A program made the translations under genes and the position numbers. Shown piece after piece: positions 48,185-57,547 of a stretch of DNA of 64,000 nucleotides. Source of the DNA: Candidatus Gottesmanbacteria bacterium. Its GTDB lineage: Bacteria; Patescibacteriota; Microgenomatia; UBA10105; UBA927. Location: NCBI GenBank assembly GCA_023245355.1, contig JAHFKN010000001.1, forward strand, positions 268,596 to 332,595, given 5' to 3'. The first letter of the stretch is position 1, and each line of letters begins with the position of its first letter. The notes beneath the pieces were generated by a model. It was not told the origin of the DNA. It searched no databases and saw only the letters and a program-made list of their open reading frames with translations.

Positions 48185-49194
48185 TTGTCTTTACGTTTCA
48201 GTCTGACCTGTTCTTCTATCCATGCATATGTTTTGGAAAGACCGTCATATAGTTTGCTCGTTGGTTCCCATCCGAGTTTTTTCCGGATAAGGCGGTTATC
48301 AGAAGACCTGCCGCGTACGCCCAGCGGGCCTTTCACGTGCTTAATCGTAAGCGACTTGCCTGCAATATCCATCACCATTTCCGCCAGTTTGTTTATACTC
48401 ACCATTTCTTCTGATCCGATATTTACCGGACCGGAGAATGTACTGCTCATCAGTCTCCGTACGCCCTCCAGACACTCGTCAATATAAAGATATGAACGCG
48501 TCTGTTTGCCGTCTCCCCACATTTCCATACTCCCTCCGTCTTTGGCCTGAGCTACCTTGCGACAGATAGCTGCCGGTGACTTTTCTTTGCCATTATTCCA
48601 GCTTCCTTCCGGACCGAATATATTATGGAACCGCGCGATATGAACCTCGAGGCCGTAATTCTTTGCATACGCCTGATACATGCGTTCACCAAATATCTTT
48701 TCCCACCCATACTCGCTGTCTGGAGCAGCCGGATATGCGGAGGATTCCTCCAAATTAGGATTATTCGGGTCCAGCTGATTGTGCTCCGGATAAATACATG
48801 CGGAAGAAGAAAAGAAAATCTTTTTAATTTTTGCCAATCTTCCGAAATGGAGCGCGTTGAGGTTAATCTGCGCGGAATTATGCATCACATCTGCATCATG
48901 CTCACCGGTAAAAATATACCCTGCCCCTCCCATATCGGCTGCCAGCTGATATACCTCATCATACGGGCGGTCGAACACTTTTTGACAGAATTTCTGATCA
49001 CGCAAGTCACCCACAATAAATTCATCAGCGGGAGATTTGCTGTACTCATGCCGTTTGATATCGACTCCGCGCACCCAATAGCCTTCTTTTTTCAGACGCT
49101 TCACGAGGTGCCCGCCGATAAACCCGCCGGCACCCAATACCAATGCGTTCTTTATGCTTTTCTGCTTAGTCTTCATAATGTATGTATTTGTCAA
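48181..49194 (-). CDS. GDP-mannose 3,5-epimerase (GME)-like
   Basis: Matches my recollection of plant GME over most of its length: ADMGGAGYI, SSSACIYPE, YGWEKI, RFHNIFGPEGSWNNGKEKSPAAICRKV, MWGDGKQTRSYLYIDECLEGVRRL, PVNIGSEEMVSINKLAEMV, GVRGRSSDN. Distinct from Fcl/GMER. Confidence 0.8.
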   Translation of the reverse strand: MTNTYIMKTKQKSIKNALVLGAGGFIGGHLVKRLKKEGYWVRGVDIKRHEYSKSPADEFIVGDLRDQKFCQKVFDRPYDEVYQLAADMGGAGYIFTGEHDADVMHNSAQINLNALHFGRLAKIKKIFFSSSACIYPEHNQLDPNNPNLEESSAYPAAPDSEYGWEKIFGERMYQAYAKNYGLEVHIARFHNIFGPEGSWNNGKEKSPAAICRKVAQAKDGGSMEMWGDGKQTRSYLYIDECLEGVRRLMSSTFSGPVNIGSEEMVSINKLAEMVMDIAGKSLTIKHVKGPLGVRGRSSDNRLIRKKLGWEPTSKLYDGLSKTYAWIEEQVRLKRKDK

Positions 49195-49245
49195 TACTAT
49201 GGAGTTTCTGCAAAATCGTCAACTCATTCCTATTGGAAATTATAA
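49195..49245 (-). promoter_or_regulatory. Candidate internal promoter upstream of GME gene
   Basis: AT-rich 51 bp gap; minus strand TTGACG - 17 nt - TAGTAT. Confidence 0.3.
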
Positions 49246-49812
49246 TTAACCACTTTTAACTCTTTGAGCAGGTATGCCGACGTACACTCCCGGACGTAAA
49301 ATGTCCTTTGTTACAACCGCATTTGCGCCAATGGTAACATTATTTGTTATTGTTAATTTTCCTTTCGCAATAATCTTTGCGCCTGCTCCAATCTGAAAAT
49401 TGTCTCCAATAACAATATTAAAGTTGTTTGTTTTAAAACCTGTTCCTATGGTTACCTGCCCCATGATTGAAGAATTTTTTCCAATCACGGTATTATCGGT
49501 TATTACGATTGATCTGTTATGTAAAAAAAGCCCTCCGTTTATAGTCACTTGTGGTTCAATATGATAATCCAGAATATAATATGTGAAACAAAAATATGCC
49601 GGGTATAATAAATACCCCATTAGCCGAAATATGATAAAAGAATTAAATAATAAATATCGCTCCGCCCGATACCATAACGAAAAATGCATACCCGGACTAT
49701 GGAAAATAACCGCCAACTTATACCAAAGTGGTGCTCGCGTATCGATAAAATACCGCGAAATATCATCTCGTAATTGATCCAAACTATCTTTCAAGGAAAC
49801 AGAACTTGTCAT
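49246..49812 (-). CDS. CysE/WcaB-like hexapeptide O-acetyltransferase
   Basis: C-terminal IVITDNTVIGKNSSIMGQVTIGTG...VIGDNFQIGAGAKIIAKGKLTITNNVTIGANAVVTKD. The listed ORF 49246..50475 extends spuriously upstream; start set at MTSSVSLKD. Confidence 0.65.
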   Translation of the reverse strand: MTSSVSLKDSLDQLRDDISRYFIDTRAPLWYKLAVIFHSPGMHFSLWYRAERYLLFNSFIIFRLMGYLLYPAYFCFTYYILDYHIEPQVTINGGLFLHNRSIVITDNTVIGKNSSIMGQVTIGTGFKTNNFNIVIGDNFQIGAGAKIIAKGKLTITNNVTIGANAVVTKDILRPGVYVGIPAQRVKSG

Positions 49813-49819
49813 AACGGTT

Positions 49820-50608
49820 TTATATTTTCTTAAGTACGGCATGGAACCGGGTAGCATACCGCATATCCTTATCCAGGGTATCAATGAGTAAACCTCCAGT
49901 GTTGGTAATAAAAAATATAAACGGTGCAAACGGAAAAAGAAGTAGCTTAACCAGCCAGTTTTTCTCCATAATTTTCCGTATGACAAACTGATTGGTACCT
50001 GCGGCCATGGAGGTGCCGAAAAACGACCGCGTGTTGATGGAAACGGCGCGTAATCCGTGTTTCTTACCGAGCAAGGTAAGGCACGATTTGGTGTACCGGA
50101 AGTAATCAAATCCCGTTCCTTCGCTGTGTTCCCGGTAATAGTACGGAACGGAAATGATGCAGTGCCCTCCCTTCTTGAGGACGCGCGACGCTTCGGAAAA
50201 AAACGTGTCGGGATCAGATATATGTTCCAATACTTCAAACGAGCAGTAGGTGTCAAACGAACCGGTCTTAAACGGAAGATTGAGGGCATCCGCAACCTGA
50301 TCAACCGAGCTTTTTGTTTTCTGTTTCCCGAAAAGATACGACGACAACACACCCAATACGCTCGTGCGGTTATTGTACCGCACAAATATATCATCCCAGG
50401 ATGAATAATCAGTCGCAAGATATGATGTAATCCGTTTTCCCGCGGCCCTAAGAATCCGTTCCTTATTTTCCCCATTCCCGCATCCTGTTTCTATCACCTT
50501 TCCTTTTATATACCGTTGCATATCGGCATTCCCTAGCGCCATTTGACGAAATTCCAGCCAGTGGGGGTAAAACGGCGTGCCGGATATAAAAAATTGAAGG
50601 ATATTCAT
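49820..50608 (-). CDS. Class I SAM-dependent methyltransferase
   Basis: VIETGCGNGE motif I, FDTYCSFEVLEHI post-II. Confidence 0.75.
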   Translation of the reverse strand: MNILQFFISGTPFYPHWLEFRQMALGNADMQRYIKGKVIETGCGNGENKERILRAAGKRITSYLATDYSSWDDIFVRYNNRTSVLGVLSSYLFGKQKTKSSVDQVADALNLPFKTGSFDTYCSFEVLEHISDPDTFFSEASRVLKKGGHCIISVPYYYREHSEGTGFDYFRYTKSCLTLLGKKHGLRAVSINTRSFFGTSMAAGTNQFVIRKIMEKNWLVKLLLFPFAPFIFFITNTGGLLIDTLDKDMRYATRFHAVLKKI

Positions 50609-50613
50609 GCTGC

Positions 50614-51510
50614 TTACCGCAATAATTTCACGATCGTATCTGTCACATTATACCGCGGTTTCCATGCATAATCATGCATCAATTTGCTGCTATCGGCTTT
50701 CAGGGCGCGGACAAACCCTTTTGCTTCGGCTACATGTGATATGTGAAGTTTGTTTTGGCCGACGCTACGGAATATGTCGGCAAGTTCAGTAAGGGTCAGC
50801 ATTTCTCCTGATGAAACATTGTAAATCGTATCCTGCCAATCCCCGGAAAGCACGGATACAATGGCACTGACCAGATCTTCTACATGAATAAAATCCCTGA
50901 TTTGTTTTCCGTCGCCGGTTATGGAGATAGATCCATTCTTTCTGTATGAATCCGCCATGGTGGTAATCGCTCCCGCTTTGGCATCCTCACCGTAAATATT
51001 CGTCGGCCGGAGGATAGTGTATTTCATGGAGTAAGTGGCGGCAGAGTATTTCAATACCTGCTCTCCGAGGAGTTTAGACATCGCATACCCGGTCGTGGGA
51101 TTCGGATTATCTTTTTCCGTAGGTAATGAATTAATGGCCAGATCGCCGTAAACTGCCGCGGCGGAAATATGGATGACGCGCTTGACGCCGGCTTTGCCGG
51201 CGGACTCAAACAGTTCCATGGGAGTTACAACGTTTGTCTCAAGTTGTTCACGTAGCGGCGGGTCAAACCGGCCGATGAGGTTGATAAACACTTGGGCATC
51301 TTTGAAAAATTCAGCCAATCCCTCACCGGTCTGAATGTTTCCCTTTACGTACGAAACACCGGCAATGTTAGATACCTGGTCATCCCGGACAAGAACGCGG
51401 GGTGAAATCCCGGTTTGTACAAGTGCCAGGATCAGGTGACTGCCGACAAAGCCGCTGCCGCCTGCAATTGAAACATGCATATAAACTTCAGAGAAGCCCT
51501 TCTTTGGCAA
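50614..51510 (-). CDS. NAD-dependent epimerase/reductase (extended SDR)
   Basis: VSIAGGSGFVGSH, YAMSK YxxxK; adjacent to PseB/CapE-like dehydratase, so possibly the 4-keto reductase/epimerase partner. Confidence 0.7.
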   Translation of the reverse strand: MPKKGFSEVYMHVSIAGGSGFVGSHLILALVQTGISPRVLVRDDQVSNIAGVSYVKGNIQTGEGLAEFFKDAQVFINLIGRFDPPLREQLETNVVTPMELFESAGKAGVKRVIHISAAAVYGDLAINSLPTEKDNPNPTTGYAMSKLLGEQVLKYSAATYSMKYTILRPTNIYGEDAKAGAITTMADSYRKNGSISITGDGKQIRDFIHVEDLVSAIVSVLSGDWQDTIYNVSSGEMLTLTELADIFRSVGQNKLHISHVAEAKGFVRALKADSSKLMHDYAWKPRYNVTDTIVKLLR

Positions 51511-52495
51511 TCATTGCTTTAAGCGTAGCCACAGGTATCCGGTTGGTCGTATTGGAAGCATATACCAACGGACCGATACGCTTCATCTTCCCGTATTTTT
51601 TCGTAACTGCGGGTAAGGAAATCTGCGGAAGAATTACATAATAATCATCCATTTCTACCGCCCGGAGCGATTCGGATTCACTGATTAACACTTCATGAAT
51701 TTTTTCTCCCGGCCTGATACCGGTTACTTTGATATTCCTTTTCTGTGCGGGAATGCGTTCCAACATGATATCCAGAATATCCTGCACGGTATGTGCCGGC
51801 ATTTTTTTCACAAATACTTCACCGCCGACACCCTCGGTAAGCGCCTGCATAACCAGCGCTACGCTGTCGGAAAGTGTCATGACAAACCGGGTCATGGTAG
51901 GATCCGTAACCGTAATCGGCTTTCCGGAATCTATAAGCAAGCGGAATAACGGTACAACTGAGCCGCGGGATCCCAGGACATTTCCGTAGCGGGTAGATAC
52001 AAAGCTGATTTTTGTTTCATTGGTATATAGGTTTGCCGTAGTGATAAGCCGCTCCTGCAGGGCTTTTGTCATGCCGTATGCATTAATCGGGTCGACCGCT
52101 TTATCCGTTGAAAGCGCCACTACCTTTTCTACTCCCTCGTCACGCGCTGCGTCGATAATATTCTGGGCACCCGTAATATTTGTCTGAATTCCCTGCCACA
52201 CGTTATATTCCACCTGGGGAATCCACTTAAGGGCCGCCGCATGAACGACGATATCAACACCGCGCATGGCGTTGCGGACACTGCGGTAATCGCGCACGTC
52301 ACCGAGTATATACCGGATATTTTCGTTGCCTAAGTCAAGCTCCATTGCCCCATGCTTATTTTCATCGCGGCTGAACACGATAACCTCTGATGGTTCGTAC
52401 TCCATCAATTTCGCGACAAACATCTTGCCGAATGAACCTGTGCCGCCCGTTACGAGAATACGTTTTCCATGAAATATCGTTTTCATATTGACCAC
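51488..52495 (-). CDS. UDP-N-acetylglucosamine 4,6-dehydratase (PseB/CapE/FnlA family)
   Basis: KRILVTGGTGSFG, FSRDENK, ALSTDKAVDPINAYGMTK, RYGNVLGSRGSVVPLF, TDPTMTRF, GIRPGEKIHEVLI - near-collinear with PseB/CapE. Confidence 0.85.
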   Translation of the reverse strand: MVNMKTIFHGKRILVTGGTGSFGKMFVAKLMEYEPSEVIVFSRDENKHGAMELDLGNENIRYILGDVRDYRSVRNAMRGVDIVVHAAALKWIPQVEYNVWQGIQTNITGAQNIIDAARDEGVEKVVALSTDKAVDPINAYGMTKALQERLITTANLYTNETKISFVSTRYGNVLGSRGSVVPLFRLLIDSGKPITVTDPTMTRFVMTLSDSVALVMQALTEGVGGEVFVKKMPAHTVQDILDIMLERIPAQKRNIKVTGIRPGEKIHEVLISESESLRAVEMDDYYVILPQISLPAVTKKYGKMKRIGPLVYASNTTNRIPVATLKAMIAKEGLL

Positions 52496-52498
52496 ATA

Positions 52499-53632
52499 TT
52501 ACACGGTTATGCCCATGGCTTTCAATGGCTTACGCACCATGCGCTCAAATGAATATGCCCGTGCAGCCTGCACGGCGCGTTCTCTCATAGCCGGATATTT
52601 TCCGGTATATACGGAATCTATCGCACGTACAAAATCAGAAACTGCAGGACGTATAACGACGCCGCAGCGGAATTCGCGTATGACATCAGACGTTGAGACG
52701 ACACCCGTAGTCACGACGGGCAGACCGGCGGCGAGGTATTCGCGGATCTTCATGGAATCGCCGTACCGCGTCCACGGATCTTTATCTATATATAGCGCAA
52801 GGCCTATGCCTGCGGTAGAAAGAAACTCGTGCACTTTTTCGCGACATAGTGGTCCGTGAAGTACAACAGTTTTTTTCCTCTGCCAGCGCGTAATTTCATT
52901 TTTTATGGCTTTCGGAAAATTAAGTTCGCCGATGATGTGCAGCCGTATATCCGGATATTTTTTCGTGAGGGGCACCAGTGCATCCAGTACAACTTCGTAA
53001 TTTAAAGACGTCGTTGACGTACCGACGATGACCATCCAATGCGCATGATGCGCATCCTTACCCTCATGCACTCCGACCGGAGCATTCGGAACGAAATAAT
53101 TTTTCTCTTTGGAAACTCCCTGTGTTACGCGGTGCTCGAAAATACGCGTCGAGACATTCCACACCTGATCGGCATGACGGATACAAAATCTGTCAATGCA
53201 ATGATATATGCCGTTGAGCAGTCTGTTTCCGAACCGTGAATCAGCATAATCCGCCGTATAGTAAATCACTCTGTTAACCAGACCGGCGTACCTGCCTACA
53301 ATTCCCCAAAGGGCGTTAAGCGGATCTATCCCGATATACAAAGAAACTTTTCCGGTTTTTACAAGCGCGGTCAACACAATGTATGCCTCGATTAGTGTAC
53401 GGAGTGGTAGTAACGCCGGAGTTTTTTGCATCTGGTACCGCTGAACACCGGAAGACGCATACTGCTCGTGCAAAATTCTGTATGTGCCGTAAATCGGAAA
53501 ATGAAGAACAGTAAACGGGATTTTTTTGGAGGAAAGCAAATCGAACAATGACGCCCCCGTCCCGCTCACCGCCTTCCCATCGCCCAAAAACAACGAGTGG
53601 ATCGCGATAAGAATCGTTTTATGTTCAGCCAT
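52499..53632 (-). CDS. GT4-family glycosyltransferase
   Basis: GT-B C-domain: LHIIGELNF...REYLAAGLPVVTT. Confidence 0.75.
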   Translation of the reverse strand: MAEHKTILIAIHSLFLGDGKAVSGTGASLFDLLSSKKIPFTVLHFPIYGTYRILHEQYASSGVQRYQMQKTPALLPLRTLIEAYIVLTALVKTGKVSLYIGIDPLNALWGIVGRYAGLVNRVIYYTADYADSRFGNRLLNGIYHCIDRFCIRHADQVWNVSTRIFEHRVTQGVSKEKNYFVPNAPVGVHEGKDAHHAHWMVIVGTSTTSLNYEVVLDALVPLTKKYPDIRLHIIGELNFPKAIKNEITRWQRKKTVVLHGPLCREKVHEFLSTAGIGLALYIDKDPWTRYGDSMKIREYLAAGLPVVTTGVVSTSDVIREFRCGVVIRPAVSDFVRAIDSVYTGKYPAMRERAVQAARAYSFERMVRKPLKAMGITV

Positions 53633-53671
53633 ATAAACGGAATCAGGTCAGCGCATGCCTAATATGCGCGT

Positions 53672-54607
53672 CTACTTCTGATGAAAAGAAACGTACCACT
53701 CTATCGTTTTTCTAAGCCCGGCTTCCAGCGTGACTTTCGGCGACCATCCCAACACCTGTTTTGCCTTTAACCAGCTCACCTCCTGTTTATCCAGCTCGTT
53801 TTGTCGGCCGTCAGGGGTTTTGTGTATGGCAGAACGTTTTCCCATCAGCAGAATAATGGTCTCAATCATTTTTTTGGCAGTGACGGAATTGCCGGTCGCG
53901 AAATTAAATATCCTGTTGCGCTCGATCTGCGCATCGGATATTTTACCCAACAGATCGTACGCGCGGAGCGCGTCATCTATATACAGATAATCGCGTTTTG
54001 CTCCCCCTCCCCATAATGTCGGCTGTTTTCCCTGAAGCAATGAGCTGACAGTTTTCGGCACGATACGGGAGGAGTTCATGTCTCCCGGACCGTAAATATT
54101 TACAAACCGCGGAATAAGAACCGGTAATTCATACGTGTCGGCATACGATTGCGCTATCAGATCCGCGCATGTTTTGGACGTTTCATACGGCCGCGACGGC
54201 CGCGCAGGTTCATCTTCCTTATACGGAAACGGTGAATTTCCGTATACATGAACCGTCGAAGCCATAACAATTCTGGAAACTTTGGTGTTTCTGCATGCTT
54301 CCAATACATTGAGCGCACTTTCGATATTATTATGAAACGTATGATAGGGATCGGATTGACCCGATTCCACAAGCGCTTCGCTTGCGAGGTGAAAGAACGC
54401 ATCAGGCCTGAATGTATCCACAACGGAAAAAAGCTTCTTTCTGTCTGTAAGGTCTACGGAGACGTGATGGTCGGACGTTTTTTTACCGCGGACAATACCC
54501 AATACCTGTGCGTGACGCTTCTCAAAATATGTAAGCAGGTGGCTGCCGATAAATCCTCCGGATCCGGTAATGAGAACGCGCTTATTTGCCCAGGATGTAA
54601 TTTGCAT
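53672..54607 (-). CDS. NDP-sugar 4,6-dehydratase-like SDR (closest to CDP-glucose 4,6-dehydratase RfbG pattern)
   Basis: KRVLITGSGGFIGSHL, FHLAS, PYETSKTCADLI (versus PYSNSKGCAELV in RfbG), NIYGPGDMNSSRIVP. Confidence 0.55.
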   Translation of the reverse strand: MQITSWANKRVLITGSGGFIGSHLLTYFEKRHAQVLGIVRGKKTSDHHVSVDLTDRKKLFSVVDTFRPDAFFHLASEALVESGQSDPYHTFHNNIESALNVLEACRNTKVSRIVMASTVHVYGNSPFPYKEDEPARPSRPYETSKTCADLIAQSYADTYELPVLIPRFVNIYGPGDMNSSRIVPKTVSSLLQGKQPTLWGGGAKRDYLYIDDALRAYDLLGKISDAQIERNRIFNFATGNSVTAKKMIETIILLMGKRSAIHKTPDGRQNELDKQEVSWLKAKQVLGWSPKVTLEAGLRKTIEWYVSFHQK

Positions 54608-55634
54608 ACGAGGAGATTCGCCGATGTATTATGACAAATCCGTACAGAATTACAAGGCTAAAACACATAAGGGGGTTGAGAAACCACGCAAAATCCCTAA
54701 TCCGGATAAACCCGCGGACCGCATCTATAAACGGTACCACAACAGTGAGACTCAACAGTACAAACCGCATGGTCGGGAAAAAATCACCTTTTTCGTACAG
54801 GCTGTACCGTCGTTTACCTCCGCTCATAAAATGATATTTCTCCATAAACAGTTTTCTCCGCCGGAGGTAATCCCATATCCCCCGTTCGTCCGTTTTATGA
54901 TGAAGGGAATCTTTTATAAATGCATATCTGTTATACCCTTTGCGGATCAGATCGACATTTACGTCGATATGGAAAAACTCGTCCGGGCTGGTTTTTGCGT
55001 GTGCAAACAATACACTGCGCCGTATCATAAACCCGTTGGAACCGAGCGTGGGTATACCGTTTTTCGCAAAATCTACGGAAAAATATGAACCTTTATCCGT
55101 AACGTTCGCACGCCTGAATACTCCGTACGAAGAAGGGTCGTCATAAAAATATGCCATCCGGTCGGCTTTCCCGACGTAGAAAGCGAAAATATCATTTGCA
55201 CCGAACAACGAAAAATATCTGCCGATAAACGAATCACCGGGATTGTAGAAATAATGAAGCGTTTCAACGCCTACCATAGATGCATCGTCCTGAAACGGCC
55301 GCACCATCGCCTGCATCCATTTGGAATGCGGCAATACATTATCATGATCGACGAATAATATGATATCGTGCTTTGCTTTCCGCGCGCCGACCGCCCGGTT
55401 GTATTCTGCTCCCTGCTTATCTTTAGGAACATGCAAAACGGCAGCATGAAACCTGCGTGCTACCTCAAATGTTTTATCTCGTGACCCTCCGTCTGCCAGA
55501 ATAATTTCAATACGGTCTTTGGGGTACTCCTGCGTCCGTATACTTTCCAGACACTCCGTTAACGTTTTTGCAGAATTATATGTAGCAATGACGACGGAAA
55601 TTGTGGGGTAAGCTGATTTCATATTGTTATGTGA
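54582..55634 (-). CDS. GT2-family glycosyltransferase with C-terminal TM segments
   Basis: PTISVVIATYNSAKTLTECLESI...ILADGGSRD, DHDNV DxD; hydrophobic C-terminus. Confidence 0.75.
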   Translation of the reverse strand, partial: SHNNMKSAYPTISVVIATYNSAKTLTECLESIRTQEYPKDRIEIILADGGSRDKTFEVARRFHAAVLHVPKDKQGAEYNRAVGARKAKHDIILFVDHDNVLPHSKWMQAMVRPFQDDASMVGVETLHYFYNPGDSFIGRYFSLFGANDIFAFYVGKADRMAYFYDDPSSYGVFRRANVTDKGSYFSVDFAKNGIPTLGSNGFMIRRSVLFAHAKTSPDEFFHIDVNVDLIRKGYNRYAFIKDSLHHKTDERGIWDYLRRRKLFMEKYHFMSGGKRRYSLYEKGDFFPTMRFVLLSLTVVVPFIDAVRGFIRIRDFAWFLNPLMCFSLVILYGFVIIHRRISSYANYILGK

Positions 55635-56772
55635 GACTCCCCAAAAATATCCTAAAACTCGTTTCCCACTCAAACGTATCGGAGTATTTCTTCGCCGCAT
55701 GGGAAAGCGAAAGCAGCTTCTTTCCATCGGAAATCAGCAGTAGCATACTCTCTGCCAATTCCCCGGCTGACGGTTCTGAAGAAATATGTACTCCCGTTTT
55801 GCCGTGCAGCACTGAATCCTGTACTCCTGTCACTTTTGTAACTATACCGGGTGTGCCGCACGCTGCAGCTTCGGTCACCACCATACCCCACCCTTCTTTC
55901 ACGGATGGCAAAAGCAAGGCCCACGCCTGCTGCATAAGTTTCACTTTCTGATCTTTCGGATCCGTATCAAAAAATAAATGGTCTTTATTCACGACATATA
56001 CATTTTTTTCCAGTTTGTGAGTCTGTATCATGTCATGCAGCTTCTTCTCCATCGGTCCGTATCCCACGATGGCAAGTTTTGCAGTGGGATACTTTTGTAC
56101 GACGATACGCATCGCTTCCACGCAAAGATCCGGTCGCTTCATCGCGGTCAACCTGGCCACAAAAAGAAACAGAGGATCACGGGATTTTTTACCCGGCTTG
56201 TACCGGTTATGATCAATTCCTATCGGGAACGTCGAAATATTTGTTTCCGGAATGCCAAAGGTAGTGATGTCTTTTTTTACGCTTTCGGAATAGCAGAGAA
56301 ATTTCGTATCGCGGTATGTGAGGTATTCCAGCGGCTCCAATACGTATGCGATGTACGACAGTATTGGGGGCAATTCATAAAAAAATACTTCTTTTGCCAA
56401 TTGATTCACGTATGCGATGCGCTTTTCTTTGGGCACATACAGCGGCGTCTGCCAGCAAATCGTGTTCACACAGTCCAATACTTTATCCGGCTTCACTGAA
56501 AGCGACCGATAATATTTGTAGGCTTCCCAATAAACGGTGAACCTGTTTCCCCGGCGGATTATCCTGATACCATCGATCGTTTCTTCCGGTTTCGCACCCT
56601 TAAAACTCCGGCAGAACCAGGTAACGGTATGCCCCTCACGTACTAGGCGTTTCGATAATTCGTACAGTATGATCTCGGCCCCGCCAACATCGGGATTTTT
56701 TATATCTTTCCAGTTGAGAATAAGTGCATTCATGCGGATATAAAGCCAATTATACCGCTTTTTGTGCTGCAA
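55627..56772 (-). CDS. GT4-family glycosyltransferase
   Basis: GT-B: LLLPSVKEGWGMVVTEAAACGTPGIVT. Confidence 0.75.
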   Translation of the reverse strand: MQHKKRYNWLYIRMNALILNWKDIKNPDVGGAEIILYELSKRLVREGHTVTWFCRSFKGAKPEETIDGIRIIRRGNRFTVYWEAYKYYRSLSVKPDKVLDCVNTICWQTPLYVPKEKRIAYVNQLAKEVFFYELPPILSYIAYVLEPLEYLTYRDTKFLCYSESVKKDITTFGIPETNISTFPIGIDHNRYKPGKKSRDPLFLFVARLTAMKRPDLCVEAMRIVVQKYPTAKLAIVGYGPMEKKLHDMIQTHKLEKNVYVVNKDHLFFDTDPKDQKVKLMQQAWALLLPSVKEGWGMVVTEAAACGTPGIVTKVTGVQDSVLHGKTGVHISSEPSAGELAESMLLLISDGKKLLSLSHAAKKYSDTFEWETSFRIFLGSLT

Positions 56773-57541
56773 CGATCAGCGACGTCCCAAATGGTAAAGG
56801 GACAATTTTGGAAAAAAACATGTCGAGGGCAAATGACTGTTCCAGCAGGCGGTTAAGTATTCCCGGAGGCTGCCAAACAACTTTTTTGAGTATGGGCATC
56901 ACATCTTTGGAAGTGTTACCGGATTTAGACAGCATGAACCGCTTCATGATCAGGTGAGGAATATACTGGAAAAATCCGAAATATGAAATTGAGCGGATCC
57001 TGAAACCTCCGGCGGTAAGTACCTCAACAAGCGACCTCTTCGTGTACCGGCGTTTGTGACCGGAAATATCATCGTAAACAGACCACAACTCCGGCCTGGC
57101 AGGAACGGTAATGTAGAGTATGCCGGCTTTACCGATGAGCCGCGAACACTCTTGGATGGCTTGCTTGTCGTTTGGAATATGCTCCAGTACGTCAAACATA
57201 CCTACTGCATCAAAAAGCTTTTTGGGCCTGAACTGATCTAATTTTCCGGCAAAAAAAGACGCAGAAGGTACTCTTTGCCTGGCATATGCCAATCCCTCTT
57301 CGTGCATGTCTAACCCGGTTACCCTAAATCCTATCCGTGCCAATTCCGCCAGCACATACCCGGTTCCGCATCCCACTTCCAGAAAACTCTTCCCCTGATA
57401 CGAATGAAGTGACGACCGGATAATTTCGCGGATAACCATATTTCTGCCCCGGAACCAAAAGTGCTTTTTTTCACTTTCCGCAAGCAGTGCATAAGCCTCC
57501 GCAGGATAATCATGAAGCGACGCGGTGTTGTGAGATTTCAT
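56750..57541 (-). CDS. Class I SAM-dependent methyltransferase
   Basis: FLEVGCGTGY motif I, FDAVGMFDVLEHI. Confidence 0.75.
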   Translation of the reverse strand: MKSHNTASLHDYPAEAYALLAESEKKHFWFRGRNMVIREIIRSSLHSYQGKSFLEVGCGTGYVLAELARIGFRVTGLDMHEEGLAYARQRVPSASFFAGKLDQFRPKKLFDAVGMFDVLEHIPNDKQAIQECSRLIGKAGILYITVPARPELWSVYDDISGHKRRYTKRSLVEVLTAGGFRIRSISYFGFFQYIPHLIMKRFMLSKSGNTSKDVMPILKKVVWQPPGILNRLLEQSFALDMFFSKIVPLPFGTSLIVAAQKAV

Positions 57542-57547
57542 GGGGCA

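Noticed and set aside
48181-49194. Alternative identity as GDP-L-fucose synthase (Fcl/WcaG) or GDP-mannose 4,6-dehydratase.
   Set aside because: The long near-collinear stretch matching GME (including GPEGSWNNGKEKSPAAICRK and MWGDGKQTRSYLYIDECLEGV) is not shared with Fcl or GMD, as far as I recall those sequences.
49246-50475. 409-aa minus-strand ORF spanning the acetyltransferase and about 660 nt upstream.
   Set aside because: Only the C-terminal ~190 aa (from MTSSVSLKD) resembles a hexapeptide acetyltransferase. The N-terminal 220 aa is low-complexity, and a well-supported SAM methyltransferase ORF (49820..50608) overlaps it in another frame. Start reassigned to 49812.
53633-53671. Hairpin GCGCAT-ATTAGGC-ATGCGC in the 39-bp gap between the RfbG-like SDR gene and the following GT4.
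   Set aside because: Short stem, no U-tract and no partner motif elsewhere. Could be a minor stability element but is insufficient for a feature call.
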